A stretch of DNA of 64,000 nucleotides from the NCBI GenBank assembly GCA_021201665.1, contig JAJQEO010000003.1:5416-69415 (forward strand). The letters run 5' to 3'. This DNA is from Lachnospiraceae bacterium. GTDB taxonomy: Bacteria; Bacillota; Clostridia; Lachnospirales; Lachnospiraceae. Shown here piece after piece: positions 1 to 11,207 of this stretch (position 1 is its first letter; each line of letters opens with the position of its first letter). A program made the translations under genes and the position numbers. A model generated the notes under the pieces. That model made no database searches. It saw only the letters and a list, made by a program, of their open reading frames with translations, and had not been told where the DNA came from.

Positions 1-1
1 T

Positions 2-442
2 GCCTCAAAGGGGATGGTTGGATGGGCGAAGGAAAACGCTGCCGCATCCGGCCTTGGCGACGCGCCGATCCGCTGGCTGGTCGATGACTGCATGAAGTTT
101 GTCGAGCGCGAGATTCGCCGCGGCAATCACTACGACGGAATTATTATGGATCCGCCCTCCTACGGCCGCGGTCCGAAGGGCGAGATCTGGAAAATTGAAG
201 ATTCCATTCACCCGCTGATCCATGCGTGCGCGGCGCTGCTTTCAGAGGAACCGCTGTTTTTCCTGGTCAATTCCTATACGACCGGACTGGCTCCATCCGT
301 GCTGACTTATCTGATTGCTACGGAGCTGAAAAAGTATGGCGGCCATACGGAAGCGAGCGAGATCGGTCTGCCGGTGAAGGAGAGCGGCCTGATTTTACCG
401 TGCGGGGCATCCGGGAGATGGGAGCAGAGAAACTGCCATTAA
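2..442 (+). CDS. Class I SAM-dependent methyltransferase (RlmI/RlmK-like), 5'-partial
   Basis: YDGIIMDPPSYGRGP motif (DPP motif IV); frame open from window start. Confidence 0.85.
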   Translation, partial: ASKGMVGWAKENAAASGLGDAPIRWLVDDCMKFVEREIRRGNHYDGIIMDPPSYGRGPKGEIWKIEDSIHPLIHACAALLSEEPLFFLVNSYTTGLAPSVLTYLIATELKKYGGHTEASEIGLPVKESGLILPCGASGRWEQRNCH

Positions 443-527
443 GACAGTATGACAAAATCTATGCTGAGGCTAAATCCGGACCGCAGTATTTCAGATAGTT
501 TTCAGAAGAAGCAATCAGAATCAAATA

Positions 528-562
528 AAGGGGAGCCGCCAGGCGTCCCCCTTAGTCTTTTT
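528..562. terminator. Probable intrinsic terminator between convergent genes
   Basis: Imperfect aagggga...tcccccctt-type GC stem followed by a T run. Confidence 0.4.
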
Positions 563-624
563 ATTCACAGGAACGAGAAGTACTCCCCCTTATCTGATTG
601 AAAACGCGCCTCGCTTGCCTGGCG

Positions 625-1155
625 CTACAGATTCACTTCTTTCAGCTGCCGCCGCCTCTCCCGGTAATCCGGCAGCTCCTTTTCCACAATAGCCCAGAAC
701 TGCGGCGAGTGGTTCATCTCTTTCCGATGCGCGAGCTCGTGTACCACGACATAGTCCAGAAGCTCAGGCGGCAGAAGCATCAGCTTCCAGTTGAAATTCA
801 GATTGCCCGCCGCGCTGCAGCTGCCCCATCGCGTTTTCTGCTCACGGATCGTGATTCGCCCATAGGTCACGCCCATGCGGGCAGCGTACCAGGCCACGCG
901 CTGGGGAATCTGGCTGACCGCGGCCTGTACGCCCTGCTCACGCTCTTCGGGCGTGATAACGTGCCTGTTTGCGCTGGCAGCTGCCAGCCTTTCTTTTGTA
1001 TGCATAATCCAGACCTCGTGTGAGCGGACAAATTCATCAATCTGTCTGGACGGCATATAGAGCGGCGCCCGGACGATCACCTGCCCGTCGCTTTTGACCT
1101 GGATGGAGGCCGTTTTCCGCTTTGAGCGGATAATCGAATATGGAATCGGATTCAT
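625..1155 (-). CDS. M48 / YgjP (DUF45)-family zinc metallopeptidase-like protein
   Basis: RSKRKT N-terminus, KTRWGSCS, DYVVVHELAH and NHSPQFW motifs. Confidence 0.9.
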   Translation of the reverse strand: MNPIPYSIIRSKRKTASIQVKSDGQVIVRAPLYMPSRQIDEFVRSHEVWIMHTKERLAAASANRHVITPEEREQGVQAAVSQIPQRVAWYAARMGVTYGRITIREQKTRWGSCSAAGNLNFNWKLMLLPPELLDYVVVHELAHRKEMNHSPQFWAIVEKELPDYRERRRQLKEVNL

Positions 1156-1174
1156 TGCATTTCTTCCTTATAAT

Positions 1175-2896
1175 TTACTTGCGAAAGCTTTTGTATACGG
1201 TTCCGTTGGTCATGCCGCCGCGGCACTCGGCGAGCTCGCTGACGGTCACGAGCTGATACCCTCGTTTGACCAGAGCAGGAATGATGGTTTTGGAGGCGGA
1301 GGCTGTCCAGCTGTAGAGGTCATGCATCAGGACGATGTCGCCATCCTGGACATGATTTAGGACCGCATTGATTGTCTGGGAAGAGCTGTGCGTCGCCCAG
1401 TCCCGGGTATCGATGGACCAGTAAATAATCGGCATACCTGCGACACTGCTCACAGTGCTGTTGGAGCTGCCTCCCGGAGCGCGCATGATCACGGGTGAAA
1501 CACCAGTGATGGCTTTGACAGCTTTGTTCGTCCGGGTGAGCTGGCTTTTGACAGAAGAGGCGGAAAGCCTGGTCAGGGTAGAGTGATCCCATGTATGGTT
1601 CCCGATTTCGCATCCCATGTCAAAAGCTGCCTTGAGGGTGGACTTGTAGGTAGAGACACGGTTTCCTACCACAAAAAATGTTGCCACGCTGTTATATTTT
1701 TTCAATGTATTCAGGATCGTAGTAGTATTCTTGGACGGCCCGTCATCATAAGTAAGGGCGACCATTTTCCCATTCATATCCACGGATCGGTACAGCACAC
1801 CCTTTTCATCGAAATAGCGGATGTAATGCGAAATAATCTGCTTGCCGGTCACACGCTTGCCTGTTTCTTCATCAAAATAATATTGATTTCCACTATCATC
1901 CTTCAGCCAGCCTGTGAGCCGTTTTCCGTCTGACTTAAAATAATAGTAGCTGCCGTCGATTTCCTTCAGACCGGTGACCATCCTGCCGTTTGAACCGAAA
2001 TAGTAATAAGAACCATTGATATTTTTCAGGCCGGTGGCCATTTTGCCATTGGAACCGAAATAATAATAATAGTCTCCAATCTGGACCTTTTTACTGGTGA
2101 CCATTTTTCCGCCTGAACCAAAATAATAGTAGCTTCCATTGATTTTTACCCGCTTGGAAGTGACCATCTTTCCCTTGGAGTTAAAATAGTAATAATAGTC
2201 GTTAACCTTGACGCGTTTGCTGGTGACCATCTTACCGCTGGAATTAAAATAGTAATAATAGTCATTGATTTTGACGCGTTTGCTGGTGACCATCTTACCG
2301 CTGGAATTAAAATAGTAATAATAGTCATTGATTTTGACGCGTTTGCTGGTGACCATCTTACCGCTGGAGTTAAAATAGTAATAATAGTCATTGACCTTGA
2401 CACGTTTGCTGGTGACCATTTTGCCTTTGGAATTAAAATAGTAATAATAGTCGTTGATTTTGACTCTTTTGCTGGTGACCATCTTGCCGCTGGAAGCAAA
2501 ATAGTAGTAGGAACCATTGATTTTCAGTCTGACCCCGGCAGCCATGATTCCGCTCTTGCGGAAATAGTACTTCGCTCCGCTTTCGGAGGTATACCATTTG
2601 GATTTTTGCATGACACCATTTACAAAATAATACGAGCTGCCGTCTATCTTCACTATGCCCGTGTACACCTGCCCGTTTTTATAATAAAGCTCTTGCCCAT
2701 TGACTGTCACAAGACCGTCCAATAGTGCCTCGGATTCGGCTTCAGTTTCAGCTTCGGTTTCGGTTACTATTTCGGTTTCATTTTCTCCTGCCGATTCGCT
2801 GCCGGTGTCCGATGCCGCAGTACCGGGTACTGACAGGCACAGCACCAGAAGCATCACGGCCAGCAGCGGCAGTGCTGCATACATTTTCCTCTTCAT
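1175..2896 (-). CDS. Secreted polysaccharide/peptidoglycan deacetylase (CE4/NodB) with cell-wall-binding repeats
   Basis: Signal peptide MKRKMYAALPLL..., YYYF-x3-G repeats, CE4 motifs TYDDGP, GNHTWDH, RAPGG, IVLMHD; GGAGG RBS upstream of ATG 2896. Confidence 0.9.
   Translation of the reverse strand: MKRKMYAALPLLAVMLLVLCLSVPGTAASDTGSESAGENETEIVTETEAETEAESEALLDGLVTVNGQELYYKNGQVYTGIVKIDGSSYYFVNGVMQKSKWYTSESGAKYYFRKSGIMAAGVRLKINGSYYYFASSGKMVTSKRVKINDYYYYFNSKGKMVTSKRVKVNDYYYYFNSSGKMVTSKRVKINDYYYYFNSSGKMVTSKRVKINDYYYYFNSSGKMVTSKRVKVNDYYYYFNSKGKMVTSKRVKINGSYYYFGSGGKMVTSKKVQIGDYYYYFGSNGKMATGLKNINGSYYYFGSNGRMVTGLKEIDGSYYYFKSDGKRLTGWLKDDSGNQYYFDEETGKRVTGKQIISHYIRYFDEKGVLYRSVDMNGKMVALTYDDGPSKNTTTILNTLKKYNSVATFFVVGNRVSTYKSTLKAAFDMGCEIGNHTWDHSTLTRLSASSVKSQLTRTNKAVKAITGVSPVIMRAPGGSSNSTVSSVAGMPIIYWSIDTRDWATHSSSQTINAVLNHVQDGDIVLMHDLYSWTASASKTIIPALVKRGYQLVTVSELAECRGGMTNGTVYKSFRK
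2041..2481 (-). repeat. 63-bp (21-aa) tandem repeat, about 7 units, plus 60-bp variant units downstream in the gene
   Basis: MVTSKRVKINDYYYYFNSSGK repeated; central units near-identical at DNA level. Confidence 0.9.
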
Positions 2897-3165
2897 AATC
2901 CTTCCTCCCTGATTTTTCTCCTTTTTGTGAATTGGTGTTGGAAAAATGTTTCCAGAAGCCAGTATAATACATTTCTTTATAAATAGGAAGACAGAGAAAG
3001 CAAAATATTTTCTGAAGTTCAAGAAAGCAGAAGCTCTTGAAAGTGAGGCTTATGAAATTTCTGCCCTGTGTCTCGCTGCTAATGCTTTGACAGGCATCAG
3101 ACAGAATGTACTAAAAAAAATACATTCTTTTTTTCACGAAAAATAAATTATCCGGAAAAAACTCC

Positions 3166-3194
3166 TTGCAATACCCGGAAAAGTCGTTTATAAT
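3166..3194 (+). promoter_or_regulatory. Sigma-A promoter of the S10 operon
   Basis: TTGCAA-17bp-TATAAT. Confidence 0.8.
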
Positions 3195-3199
3195 GGCTG

Positions 3200-3511
3200 A
3201 TGTTGTGGCCTTGATAGCGTAGAAGCGTGAGGTTGCTGCGGTGTGCGCCGCAGGTTTTCCGTGGAGCGAATGTCAGGTTATGAAAGCTGGCGACAAGTCA
3301 CTGTACAAATTTTAATGGTTCCGACGGACAAGACAGTCGGACACCGTGCGGGCGCATGACACGCACGGGTGAGTGTACAGTCACCGCTTGTCGTACTAAA
3401 TGCCGGATGTCCTTTGATGGACACGGGGCATTAGACCACGTCCTGCGCAGCAGCGTAATCACAGAGGGCGCGGTTCTTTAAAAAAGTGCGAATAAGGAGG
3501 CGACTTTTTTT
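3200..3511 (+). ncRNA. Structured rpsJ (S10) 5' leader
   Basis: GAAGCGTGAGGTTGC...CGTGGAGCGAATGTC resembles the Firmicutes S10 leader; several further hairpins. Confidence 0.55.
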
Positions 3512-3829
3512 ATGGCAACTCAGGTAATGAGAATCACACTGAAGGCATATGACCATCAGCTCGTGGACGCATCCGCGAAGAAAATCATTGACACGGTCAA
3601 GAAAAATGGAGCACAGGTAAGCGGTCCGGTGCCGCTCCCGACGAAGAAGGAGGTAGTGACTATCCTTCGCGCGGTACACAAGTACAAGGACTCCAGAGAG
3701 CAGTTCGAGCAGAGGACGCACAAAAGGCTCATTGATATCATCAGCCCGACCCAGAAGACGGTCGACGCGCTCTCCAGACTGGAGATGCCGGCAGGCGTGT
3801 ACATCGATATCAAGATGAAGCAGAAGTAA
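3512..3829 (+). CDS. rpsJ: 30S ribosomal protein S10
   Basis: [23 protein letters not shown]. Confidence 0.99.
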   Translation: MATQVMRITLKAYDHQLVDASAKKIIDTVKKNGAQVSGPVPLPTKKEVVTILRAVHKYKDSREQFEQRTHKRLIDIISPTQKTVDALSRLEMPAGVYIDIKMKQK

Positions 3830-4064
3830 AACAGGGTAGTTCAATTTGAGGCAAATCCTATTCAGGTTCAGATAACTGTTGACTAGGATGATCATGGAAA
3901 TGCAGCTTGCAGCAGTTTGCAGCATGCGGAAAGGAAGCCGCCGCTTCGCGGTCGGAATTCTCGATTCACTTTGCGGATCAGAGCATACTTCGAATCTATT
4001 TCGCCGCGCATTCGCTGCGCAGATGCAGAACATGATCCGCTGTAGAAAGACAGGAGGAAAGACA

Positions 4065-4700
4065 ATGAAGAAAGCATTGTTGGCAACAAAGGTCGGAATG
4101 ACACAGATTTTCGACGAAAACGGTTTACTGATCCCGGTAACGGTTCTTCAGGCCGGGCCGTGCATAGTGACGCAGGTCAAGACTGTTGCGAAGGACGGGT
4201 ACAGCGCGGTTCAGGTGGGCTTTGTTGACAAGCGGGAAAAGCTTGTGAAGAAGCCGCAGAAGGGCGCGTTTGACAAGGCTGGCGTTTCTTACAAGAGATA
4301 TGTAAGAGAGCTTCGTCTCGACGACGCTGAGAGCTATGAGGTAAAGCAGGAGATCAAGGCAGATATTTTCGCGGCAGGCGAGAAGGTTGACGCGACGGCT
4401 ATCTCCAAGGGCAAAGGCTTCGCGGGTGTTATCAAGAGACACGGCCAGCACAGAGGACCGATGGCGCATGGTTCCAAGTATCATCGTCACGCGGGCTCCA
4501 ATGGTTCCTCTTCCGATCCGAGCAGAGTTTTCAAGGGAAAACACATGGCCGGACGTATGGGAGGCGTGCAGGTTACCGTTCAGAATCTTGAGATTGTCCG
4601 TGTGGACGCTGAGAACAACCTGATCCTGGTAAAGGGCGCTGTTCCGGGACCGAAGAAGGCACTCGTTACATTGAAGAATACCGTTAAGACCGGTAAGTAA
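4065..4700 (+). CDS. rplC: 50S ribosomal protein L3
   Basis: [21 protein letters not shown]; RBS AGGAGG before ATG 4065. Confidence 0.98.
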   Translation: MKKALLATKVGMTQIFDENGLLIPVTVLQAGPCIVTQVKTVAKDGYSAVQVGFVDKREKLVKKPQKGAFDKAGVSYKRYVRELRLDDAESYEVKQEIKADIFAAGEKVDATAISKGKGFAGVIKRHGQHRGPMAHGSKYHRHAGSNGSSSDPSRVFKGKHMAGRMGGVQVTVQNLEIVRVDAENNLILVKGAVPGPKKALVTLKNTVKTGK

Positions 4701-4729
4701 GCCTGGAGCAGGAAAGGAGGAGAAGACAG

Positions 4730-5350
4730 ATGGCAAACGTATCTGTTTATAATATGGAAGGCAGCGAAGTCGGCCAGATGGAGCTGAATGACGCTGTGTT
4801 TGGCGTTGAAGTGAATGAACATCTCGTACACCTCGCGGTTGTGAGCCTGCTGGCCGGAGGGCGTCAGGGTACGCAGAAGGCAAAGACACGTTCTGAGGTT
4901 TCCGGCGGCGGCAAAAAGCCGTGGAGACAGAAGGGCACCGGCCACGCGAGACAGGGTTCGATCCGCGCACCGCAGTGGAAGGGCGGCGGAGTCGTGTTTG
5001 CGCCGGTTCCGAGAGAATATACCGTCAAGATGAACAAGAAGGAAAGACGCCTGGCTCTGAAGTCCGCGCTGACGAGCAGAGTACAGGAGAACAAGCTGAT
5101 CGTGCTCGATGAGCTCAAGATGTCCGAGATCAAGACCAAAAACATGAAGGCGGTTCTGGACGCACTCAAGGTAGACAGGGCGCTGATTATTCTGGACGAG
5201 AATGACCAGAAGGTTGTTTTATCCGCTAGAAACATTGCGAATGTAAAGACCGCGCTGACAAATACTATCAACGTATATGACATTCTGAAATACGGCACAG
5301 TGGTGGCCACCAAAGCTGCTGTGGAGGCGATCGAGGAGGTGTACGCATAA
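4730..5350 (+). CDS. rplD: 50S ribosomal protein L4
   Basis: [15 protein letters not shown]. Confidence 0.99.
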   Translation: MANVSVYNMEGSEVGQMELNDAVFGVEVNEHLVHLAVVSLLAGGRQGTQKAKTRSEVSGGGKKPWRQKGTGHARQGSIRAPQWKGGGVVFAPVPREYTVKMNKKERRLALKSALTSRVQENKLIVLDELKMSEIKTKNMKAVLDALKVDRALIILDENDQKVVLSARNIANVKTALTNTINVYDILKYGTVVATKAAVEAIEEVYA

Positions 5351-5649
5351 TGGCAGATATCAAGTATTATGATGTGATCTTAAAACCGGTGATCACTGAG
5401 AAGAGCATGAATGCTATGGCAGACAAAAAATACACCTTCCTAGTGCATCCGGACGCGACAAAGTCTCAGGTGAAAGAGGCTGTTGAGAAGATGTTTGACG
5501 GAGCGAAGGTGGCTCAGGTCAACACGATGAACCTGGAAGGCAAGATGCGCCGCCGCGGCATGACCTCCGGCAAGACGGCGAAGAGCAAGAAGGCCATCGT
5601 GCAGCTGACTGCTGACAGCAAGGACATCGAGATCTTCGAGGGCCTGTAA
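5350..5649 (+). CDS. rplW: 50S ribosomal protein L23
   Basis: PVITEKS, KKAIV; operon position. Confidence 0.98.
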   Translation: MADIKYYDVILKPVITEKSMNAMADKKYTFLVHPDATKSQVKEAVEKMFDGAKVAQVNTMNLEGKMRRRGMTSGKTAKSKKAIVQLTADSKDIEIFEGL

Positions 5650-5909
5650 AAACGACTTAAAGTGGAAGCGCCCCGTCATCGGAAGCCTGTTTCGTGATGG
5701 ACGGCGCTCCGGTAGATGAAATTACCGGCACACGGACAAAGCGGCCGGCAATGGTCGGCATAGGAATGCGGCGGCCGGACTCCCACCCAACGTGCAGACG
5801 TGTAGAAAGTGGGGGATCGCTGCGCATAAGATGACACACACCGATGTGTTGTCAAAGCTTCAGACTATCTGTCCATGAGACAGGATAATAAAGAAAAGGA
5901 GAAACAATC

Positions 5910-6752
5910 ATGGGAATCAAAACCTACAACCCATATACGCCCTCCAGAAGGCATATGACCGGTTCTGATTTTTCAGAGATTACGAAGACGACTCCGGAGA
6001 AGTCTCTGACCGTGTCTCTTAAGAAAAATTCCGGACGAAATAACCAGGGCAAGATTACAGTAAGACATCAGGGCGGCGGCAACAGAAGAAAATACAGACT
6101 GGTAGATTTTAAGAGAAATAAAGACGGAGTACCGGCAAAGGTACTTGGTATTGAATATGATCCGAACCGCTCCGCAAACATCGCGTTGATCTGCTATGCG
6201 GACGGTCAGAAATCCTACATCCTCGCACCGGCGGGCATGGAGGTCGGCTGGACAGTCATGAACGGTCCGGAAGCCGAGGTGCGTGTCGGCAACTGCCTGC
6301 CGCTCTCTCAGATTCCGGTAGGTACCATTGTTCACAACATTGAGCTTTACCCGGGACACGGCGGACAGATGGTACGCTCCGCGGGCAACGGCGCACAGCT
6401 GATGGCGAAGGAAGGAAAGTACGCGACCTTAAGGCTTCCGTCCGGCGAGATGAGAATGGTTCCGATGGAATGCCGCGCTACAGTCGGTACAGTCGGCAAT
6501 GGCGACCACAACCTGATCAACATCGGTAAAGCAGGAAGAAAGCGCCACATGGGCATCCGCCCGACCGTCCGCGGTTCTGTTATGAACCCGAATGACCATC
6601 CGCACGGCGGCGGCGAGGGCAGAGCACCGGTAGGACGTCCGGGTCCGAGCACTCCGTGGGGCAAGCCTGCACTGGGTCTTAAGACCAGAAAGAAAAAGAA
6701 AGCATCCAACAAGCTGATCGTAAGAAGAAGAGACGGCAAAGCAATCAACTGA
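5910..6752 (+). CDS. rplB: 50S ribosomal protein L2
   Basis: [25 protein letters not shown]. Confidence 0.99.
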   Translation: MGIKTYNPYTPSRRHMTGSDFSEITKTTPEKSLTVSLKKNSGRNNQGKITVRHQGGGNRRKYRLVDFKRNKDGVPAKVLGIEYDPNRSANIALICYADGQKSYILAPAGMEVGWTVMNGPEAEVRVGNCLPLSQIPVGTIVHNIELYPGHGGQMVRSAGNGAQLMAKEGKYATLRLPSGEMRMVPMECRATVGTVGNGDHNLINIGKAGRKRHMGIRPTVRGSVMNPNDHPHGGGEGRAPVGRPGPSTPWGKPALGLKTRKKKKASNKLIVRRRDGKAIN

Positions 6753-6777
6753 TGTTTATCATATAAGGAGGTAAGTA

Positions 6778-7059
6778 ATGGCTCGTTCATTAAAAAAAGG
6801 ACCGTTTGCTGATGAGAGTCTGCTGAAAAAAATAGATGCGTTGAACGCGTCGGGCAGCAAGCAGGTCATTAAGACCTGGTCCCGCCGTTCCACAATTTTC
6901 CCGCAGATGGTCGGACACACCATCGCGGTACATGACGGAAGAAAGCATGTCCCGGTGTATATCACGGAGGACATGGTTGGACATAAGCTCGGTGAGTTTG
7001 TGGCGACACGGACCTACAGAGGACATGGCAAGGACGAGAAAAAGTCCCGCGCGCGTTAG
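6778..7059 (+). CDS. rpsS: 30S ribosomal protein S19
   Basis: [17 protein letters not shown]. Confidence 0.99.
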   Translation: MARSLKKGPFADESLLKKIDALNASGSKQVIKTWSRRSTIFPQMVGHTIAVHDGRKHVPVYITEDMVGHKLGEFVATRTYRGHGKDEKKSRAR

Positions 7060-7195
7060 TTTTCGCGCATGGCTGCGGGAGAGTGGAAGCGCGCCCCGGG
7101 ATACGAACGTTTTGCGATGGGGACGCTGAACATTGCAAACGCGGCAGCAGGCGGTGTACCGCCGCTTTTGAACAGTTAGAAAGGAGAACAATCCA

Positions 7196-7582
7196 ATGGC
7201 AAAAGGACATAGATCCCAGATTAAGAGAGAGAGAAATGCCGAGAAGGATACCAGACCGTCAGCGAAGTTATCATACGCACGGGTTTCTGTCCGCAAGGCT
7301 TGTTACGTTTTGGATGCCATCCGGGGAAAAGATGCAAATACGGCTGTCGGTATTCTGACATACAATCCGAGATACGCATCTGAGGTGATTTTAAAGCTTC
7401 TGAAATCCGCGATTGCGAACGCTGAGAATAACAACGGCATGAAGGCGGAGAATCTTTATATCGAAGAGTGCTACGCGAACAAGGGTCCGACAATGAAGAG
7501 AATCAGACCGAGGGCACAGGGCAGGGCTTACCGCATTGAGAAGCGTATGAGCCACATCACAATCGTGCTGAATGAGAAGTAA
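7196..7582 (+). CDS. rplV: 50S ribosomal protein L22
   Basis: [18 protein letters not shown]. Confidence 0.98.
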   Translation: MAKGHRSQIKRERNAEKDTRPSAKLSYARVSVRKACYVLDAIRGKDANTAVGILTYNPRYASEVILKLLKSAIANAENNNGMKAENLYIEECYANKGPTMKRIRPRAQGRAYRIEKRMSHITIVLNEK

Positions 7583-7593
7583 GGAGGACTGGC

Positions 7594-8244
7594 ATGGGAC
7601 AGAAAGTTAATCCGCATGGTCTTAGAGTAGGTATTATTGAAGACTGGGATTCCAAATGGTACGCAGAGGGTGATTTCGCTGATTGCCTGAAAGAGGATTA
7701 TGATATCCGCAAATTTCTGAAGAAAAAGCTTTACAGCGCGGGCGTTTCTAAAATCGAGATTGAGCGCGCTTCTGACAGAGTGAAGGTGACAGTCCACACA
7801 GCGAAGCCGGGTGTTGTGATCGGCAAGGGCGGCGCTGAGATCGAAAAGCTCAGAGCTGAGCTTCAGAAGATGATTTCGAAGAAGCTGATCGTGGATGTAA
7901 AAGAGATCAAGAGACCGGATAAGGACGCTCAGCTTGTAGCGGAGAACATCGCCGCGCAGCTGGAAAATCGTGTATCCTTCCGCCGCGCGATGAAGTCTGC
8001 GATGAGCAGGACCATGAAGTCCGGCGCTCTCGGCATCAAGACCGCGGCTGCAGGCCGTCTGGGCGGCGCGGATATGGCGCGTTCAGAGTTCTACAGCGAG
8101 GGCACGATCCCGCTTCAGACGTTAAGAGCCAATATTGACTATGGATTCGCCGAGGCAAACACCACATATGGCAAAGTTGGAGTAAAGGTTTGGATCTACA
8201 AGGGCGAAATACTTCCATCTAAAAAAGAAGGGAGCGATAAATAA
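7594..8244 (+). CDS. rpsC: 30S ribosomal protein S3
   Basis: [24 protein letters not shown]. Confidence 0.99.
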   Translation: MGQKVNPHGLRVGIIEDWDSKWYAEGDFADCLKEDYDIRKFLKKKLYSAGVSKIEIERASDRVKVTVHTAKPGVVIGKGGAEIEKLRAELQKMISKKLIVDVKEIKRPDKDAQLVAENIAAQLENRVSFRRAMKSAMSRTMKSGALGIKTAAAGRLGGADMARSEFYSEGTIPLQTLRANIDYGFAEANTTYGKVGVKVWIYKGEILPSKKEGSDK

Positions 8245-8681
8245 TGTTAATGCCGAAAAGAACAAAACACCGCAAGCAGTTCCGTGGCTCCATGGCGGGT
8301 AAGGCCCTCAGAGGAAACACGATTTCGAACGGCGAATATGGTCTTGTCGCGATTGAGCCGTGCTGGATCAAATCCAACCAGATCGAGGCTGCCCGTGTCG
8401 CGATGACCCGTTATATCAAGCGTGGCGGTAAAGTATGGATCAAGATTTTCCCGGATAAGCCAGTGACAACCAAGCCGGCTGAAACCCGAATGGGTTCTGG
8501 TAAAGGTACCACGGAGTATTGGGTTGCGGTTGTAAAGCCGGGCCGTGTGCTTTTTGAGCTTGCCGGTGTTCCGGAGGATGTTGCTCATGAGGCTCTGCGT
8601 CTCGCTATGCACAAATTACCCTGCAAGTGTAAAATCGTTTCTCGTGCAGACTTAGAAGGCGGTGATAACAGTGAAGAGTAA
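8244..8681 (+). CDS. rplP: 50S ribosomal protein L16
   Basis: [18 protein letters not shown]. Confidence 0.99.
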   Translation: MLMPKRTKHRKQFRGSMAGKALRGNTISNGEYGLVAIEPCWIKSNQIEAARVAMTRYIKRGGKVWIKIFPDKPVTTKPAETRMGSGKGTTEYWVAVVKPGRVLFELAGVPEDVAHEALRLAMHKLPCKCKIVSRADLEGGDNSEE

Positions 8682-8874
8682 GAAGTATGTAGATAGTTTA
8701 CAGACCAAAACCGCGGCAGAATTACAGGAAGAACTGGTAGCCGCCAAAAAAGAGCTTTTCAATCTGAGATTCCAGAACGCGACAAACCAGCTGGATAACA
8801 CAGGCCGGATCAAAGAGGTTCGCAAGAACATCGCAAGAATTCAGACTGTTATCACAGAAAAGGCGAACGCGTAA
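8671..8874 (+). CDS. rpmC: 50S ribosomal protein L29
   Basis: [16 protein letters not shown]; GTG start overlapping rplP. Confidence 0.96.
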   Translation: MKSKKYVDSLQTKTAAELQEELVAAKKELFNLRFQNATNQLDNTGRIKEVRKNIARIQTVITEKANA

Positions 8875-8909
8875 TCATCCGGATCAGAGGAGAAGAAAGG
8901 AGAATTCCC

Positions 8910-9164
8910 GTGGAAAGAAATCTTAGAAAAACCCGTACGGGCAAGGTTGTCAGCGACAGGATGGACAAGACGATTGTCGTAGCCGTGGAAGACCATGTAA
9001 GACACCCGCTTTACAATAAGATCGTTAAAAAGACCTACAAGCTGAAGGCACACGATGAGAAGAACGAGTGCAATATCGGCGATACAGTAAAGGTAATGGA
9101 GACAAGGCCGCTCTCTAAGGATAAGAGATGGAGACTTGTCGAGATCGTTGAAAAGGTTAAATAA
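8910..9164 (+). CDS. rpsQ: 30S ribosomal protein S17
   Basis: [21 protein letters not shown]. Confidence 0.99.
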   Translation: MERNLRKTRTGKVVSDRMDKTIVVAVEDHVRHPLYNKIVKKTYKLKAHDEKNECNIGDTVKVMETRPLSKDKRWRLVEIVEKVK

Positions 9165-9180
9165 ATAGGAGGTTATCGGC

Positions 9181-9549
9181 ATGATTCAGCAGGAATCCAG
9201 ACTCAGAGTCGCTGATAATACTGGTGCGAAAGAGATTCTGTGCATCCGTGTTACAGGCGGTTCTACCAGAAGATATGCGACTGTCGGCGATGTGATTATT
9301 GCTACGGTCAAGGATGCGACGCCAGGCGGTGTTGTTAAAAAAGGCGAAGTGGTAAAGGCTGTCGTAGTGCGGACGGTAAAGTCCATCCGACGCAAGGACG
9401 GTTCCTATATCAGATTTGACGAGAATGCGGCTGTCATCATCAAGGATGACCTCACCCCGCGTGGAACCCGTATTTTTGGGCCGGTAGCTCGTGAGCTTCG
9501 TGACAAGAAGTTCATGAAGATCGTATCTCTGGCTCCGGAAGTATTATAA
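9181..9549 (+). CDS. rplN: 50S ribosomal protein L14
   Basis: [20 protein letters not shown]. Confidence 0.99.
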   Translation: MIQQESRLRVADNTGAKEILCIRVTGGSTRRYATVGDVIIATVKDATPGGVVKKGEVVKAVVVRTVKSIRRKDGSYIRFDENAAVIIKDDLTPRGTRIFGPVARELRDKKFMKIVSLAPEVL

Positions 9550-9563
9550 GGAGGATCCAGGAC

Positions 9564-9863
9564 ATGAACAAGATTAAAAAAGACGATATGGTGATCGTGA
9601 TCGCCGGCAGAGAAAAAGGCAAGAGCGGCAAGGTTCTGGCTGTAAAGGACGGCAAGGTCCTTGTTGAGGGCGTGAATAAGGTAAAGAAGCATACGAAGCC
9701 GTCAGCGATGGATCAGAACGGCGGCATTATCGAGAAAGAAGCGTTTCTTGATGCTTCAAACGTCATGTATTATCACAAGAACACCCCGACCAGGATTGGC
9801 TTTAAGATCGACGGCGACAAGAAGGTCCGCGTGGCAAAGTCGACGGGCGAAGTGATCGACTAA
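9564..9863 (+). CDS. rplX: 50S ribosomal protein L24
   Basis: KOW motif [11 protein letters not shown]. Confidence 0.98.
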   Translation: MNKIKKDDMVIVIAGREKGKSGKVLAVKDGKVLVEGVNKVKKHTKPSAMDQNGGIIEKEAFLDASNVMYYHKNTPTRIGFKIDGDKKVRVAKSTGEVID

Positions 9864-9884
9864 TCAGGAGAGGAGGGTACAACG

Positions 9885-10424
9885 TTGAGCAGACTGAAAG
9901 AACAGTATAAAAATGAGATCGTAGACGCTATGATCAAAAAATTCGGATACAAAAACATCATGGAAGTGCCGAAGCTCGAGAAGGTTGTTGTCAACATGGG
10001 TGTTGGCGAGGCAAAAGAAAACGCAAAGCTCCTTGACTCCGCTATCCAGGATATGGAGACGATCACCGGACAGAAGGCTGTAAAGACAAAGGCAAAAAAT
10101 TCCGTGGCAAACTTCAAGATCAGAGAGGGCATGCTGATCGGATGCAAGACGACTCTTCGCGGAGAGAAGATGTACGACTTCGTAGACCGCCTGATCAACC
10201 TGGCGCTTCCGCGTGTGCGTGACTTCCGCGGTGTAAACCCGAACGCGTTTGACGGCAGAGGAAACTATGCGCTCGGCATCAAAGAGCAGCTGATCTTCCC
10301 GGAAATCGAGTATGACAAGGTAGACAAGGTGCGCGGCATGGATGTGATTTTCGTCACAACAGCGAAGACAGACGAGGAAGCGAGAGAGCTGCTGAGACTG
10401 TTCAATATGCCGTTTATGAAGTAG
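9885..10424 (+). CDS. rplE: 50S ribosomal protein L5
   Basis: [17 protein letters not shown]; TTG start. Confidence 0.99.
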   Translation: MSRLKEQYKNEIVDAMIKKFGYKNIMEVPKLEKVVVNMGVGEAKENAKLLDSAIQDMETITGQKAVKTKAKNSVANFKIREGMLIGCKTTLRGEKMYDFVDRLINLALPRVRDFRGVNPNAFDGRGNYALGIKEQLIFPEIEYDKVDKVRGMDVIFVTTAKTDEEARELLRLFNMPFMK

Positions 10425-10436
10425 GAGGGAAGCTTT

Positions 10437-10622
10437 ATGGCAAAGACTTCAATGAAAGTAAAACAGCAGCGCAAACCGAAATTCTCAACAAGAGCGTATA
10501 CGCGCTGCAGAATCTGCGGACGCCCGCATTCGGTTCTGAAAAAATACGGCATCTGCCGTGTCTGCTTCCGTGAGCTGGCTTACAAGGGCCAGATCCCGGG
10601 CGTGAAGAAGGCAAGCTGGTAA
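10437..10622 (+). CDS. rpsN: 30S ribosomal protein S14, zinc-binding type Z
   Basis: 61 aa, CRIC...CRVC, KASW. Confidence 0.98.
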   Translation: MAKTSMKVKQQRKPKFSTRAYTRCRICGRPHSVLKKYGICRVCFRELAYKGQIPGVKKASW

Positions 10623-10673
10623 AAATTAAGGGATTAAAAACATGTAAAGTCTGAGGACGAGGAGGAAACTTAC

Positions 10674-11075
10674 ATGACGGTTACAGATCCGATCGCGGAT
10701 ATGCTTACAAGAATCCGCAATGCAAATACTGCAAAGCATGATACTGTGGACGTACCCGCATCCAAGATGAAAATCGCGATCGCGAACATTCTTCTGGACG
10801 AGGGATATATCAAGAAATATGATCTGATTGAGGATGGAGTATTCAAGACCATCCATATCACATTAAAGTATGGCGCAGACAAAAATGAAAAGGTCATCAC
10901 CGGACTGAAAAGAATTTCGAAGCCGGGTCTGCGTGTTTATGCCGGAAAGGATGAGCTGCCGAGAGTCCTTGGCGGACTTGGCATCGCAATTCTTTCCACA
11001 AACCAGGGCGTGATCACAGACAAGCAGGCGAGAAAGCTCCAGGTGGGCGGCGAAGTGCTGGCTTTTGTGTGGTGA
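10674..11075 (+). CDS. rpsH: 30S ribosomal protein S8
   Basis: [21 protein letters not shown]. Confidence 0.99.
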   Translation: MTVTDPIADMLTRIRNANTAKHDTVDVPASKMKIAIANILLDEGYIKKYDLIEDGVFKTIHITLKYGADKNEKVITGLKRISKPGLRVYAGKDELPRVLGGLGIAILSTNQGVITDKQARKLQVGGEVLAFVW

Positions 11076-11207
11076 TGTAGTAAATTCGCTTCGCGAATGA
11101 GACGGGAATCTTCTCGGACCTTAGTAGTTCGAGAATCAAATTTACTGAAAACAGAGGAGGCGGAGGATAAGCCTCTTCCGAGAATCTAAGTAAGGAGGAT
11201 AGTTGGC

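Noticed and set aside
2041-2481. Diversity-generating retroelement TR/VR pair
   Set aside because: No reverse transcriptase in the window; repeats are tandem and in frame, differences not adenine-specific
3879-4064. N-terminal extensions from the ORF track (rplC; also rplO, map, relaxase, virB4)
   Set aside because: Downstream starts have better RBS and match family N-termini
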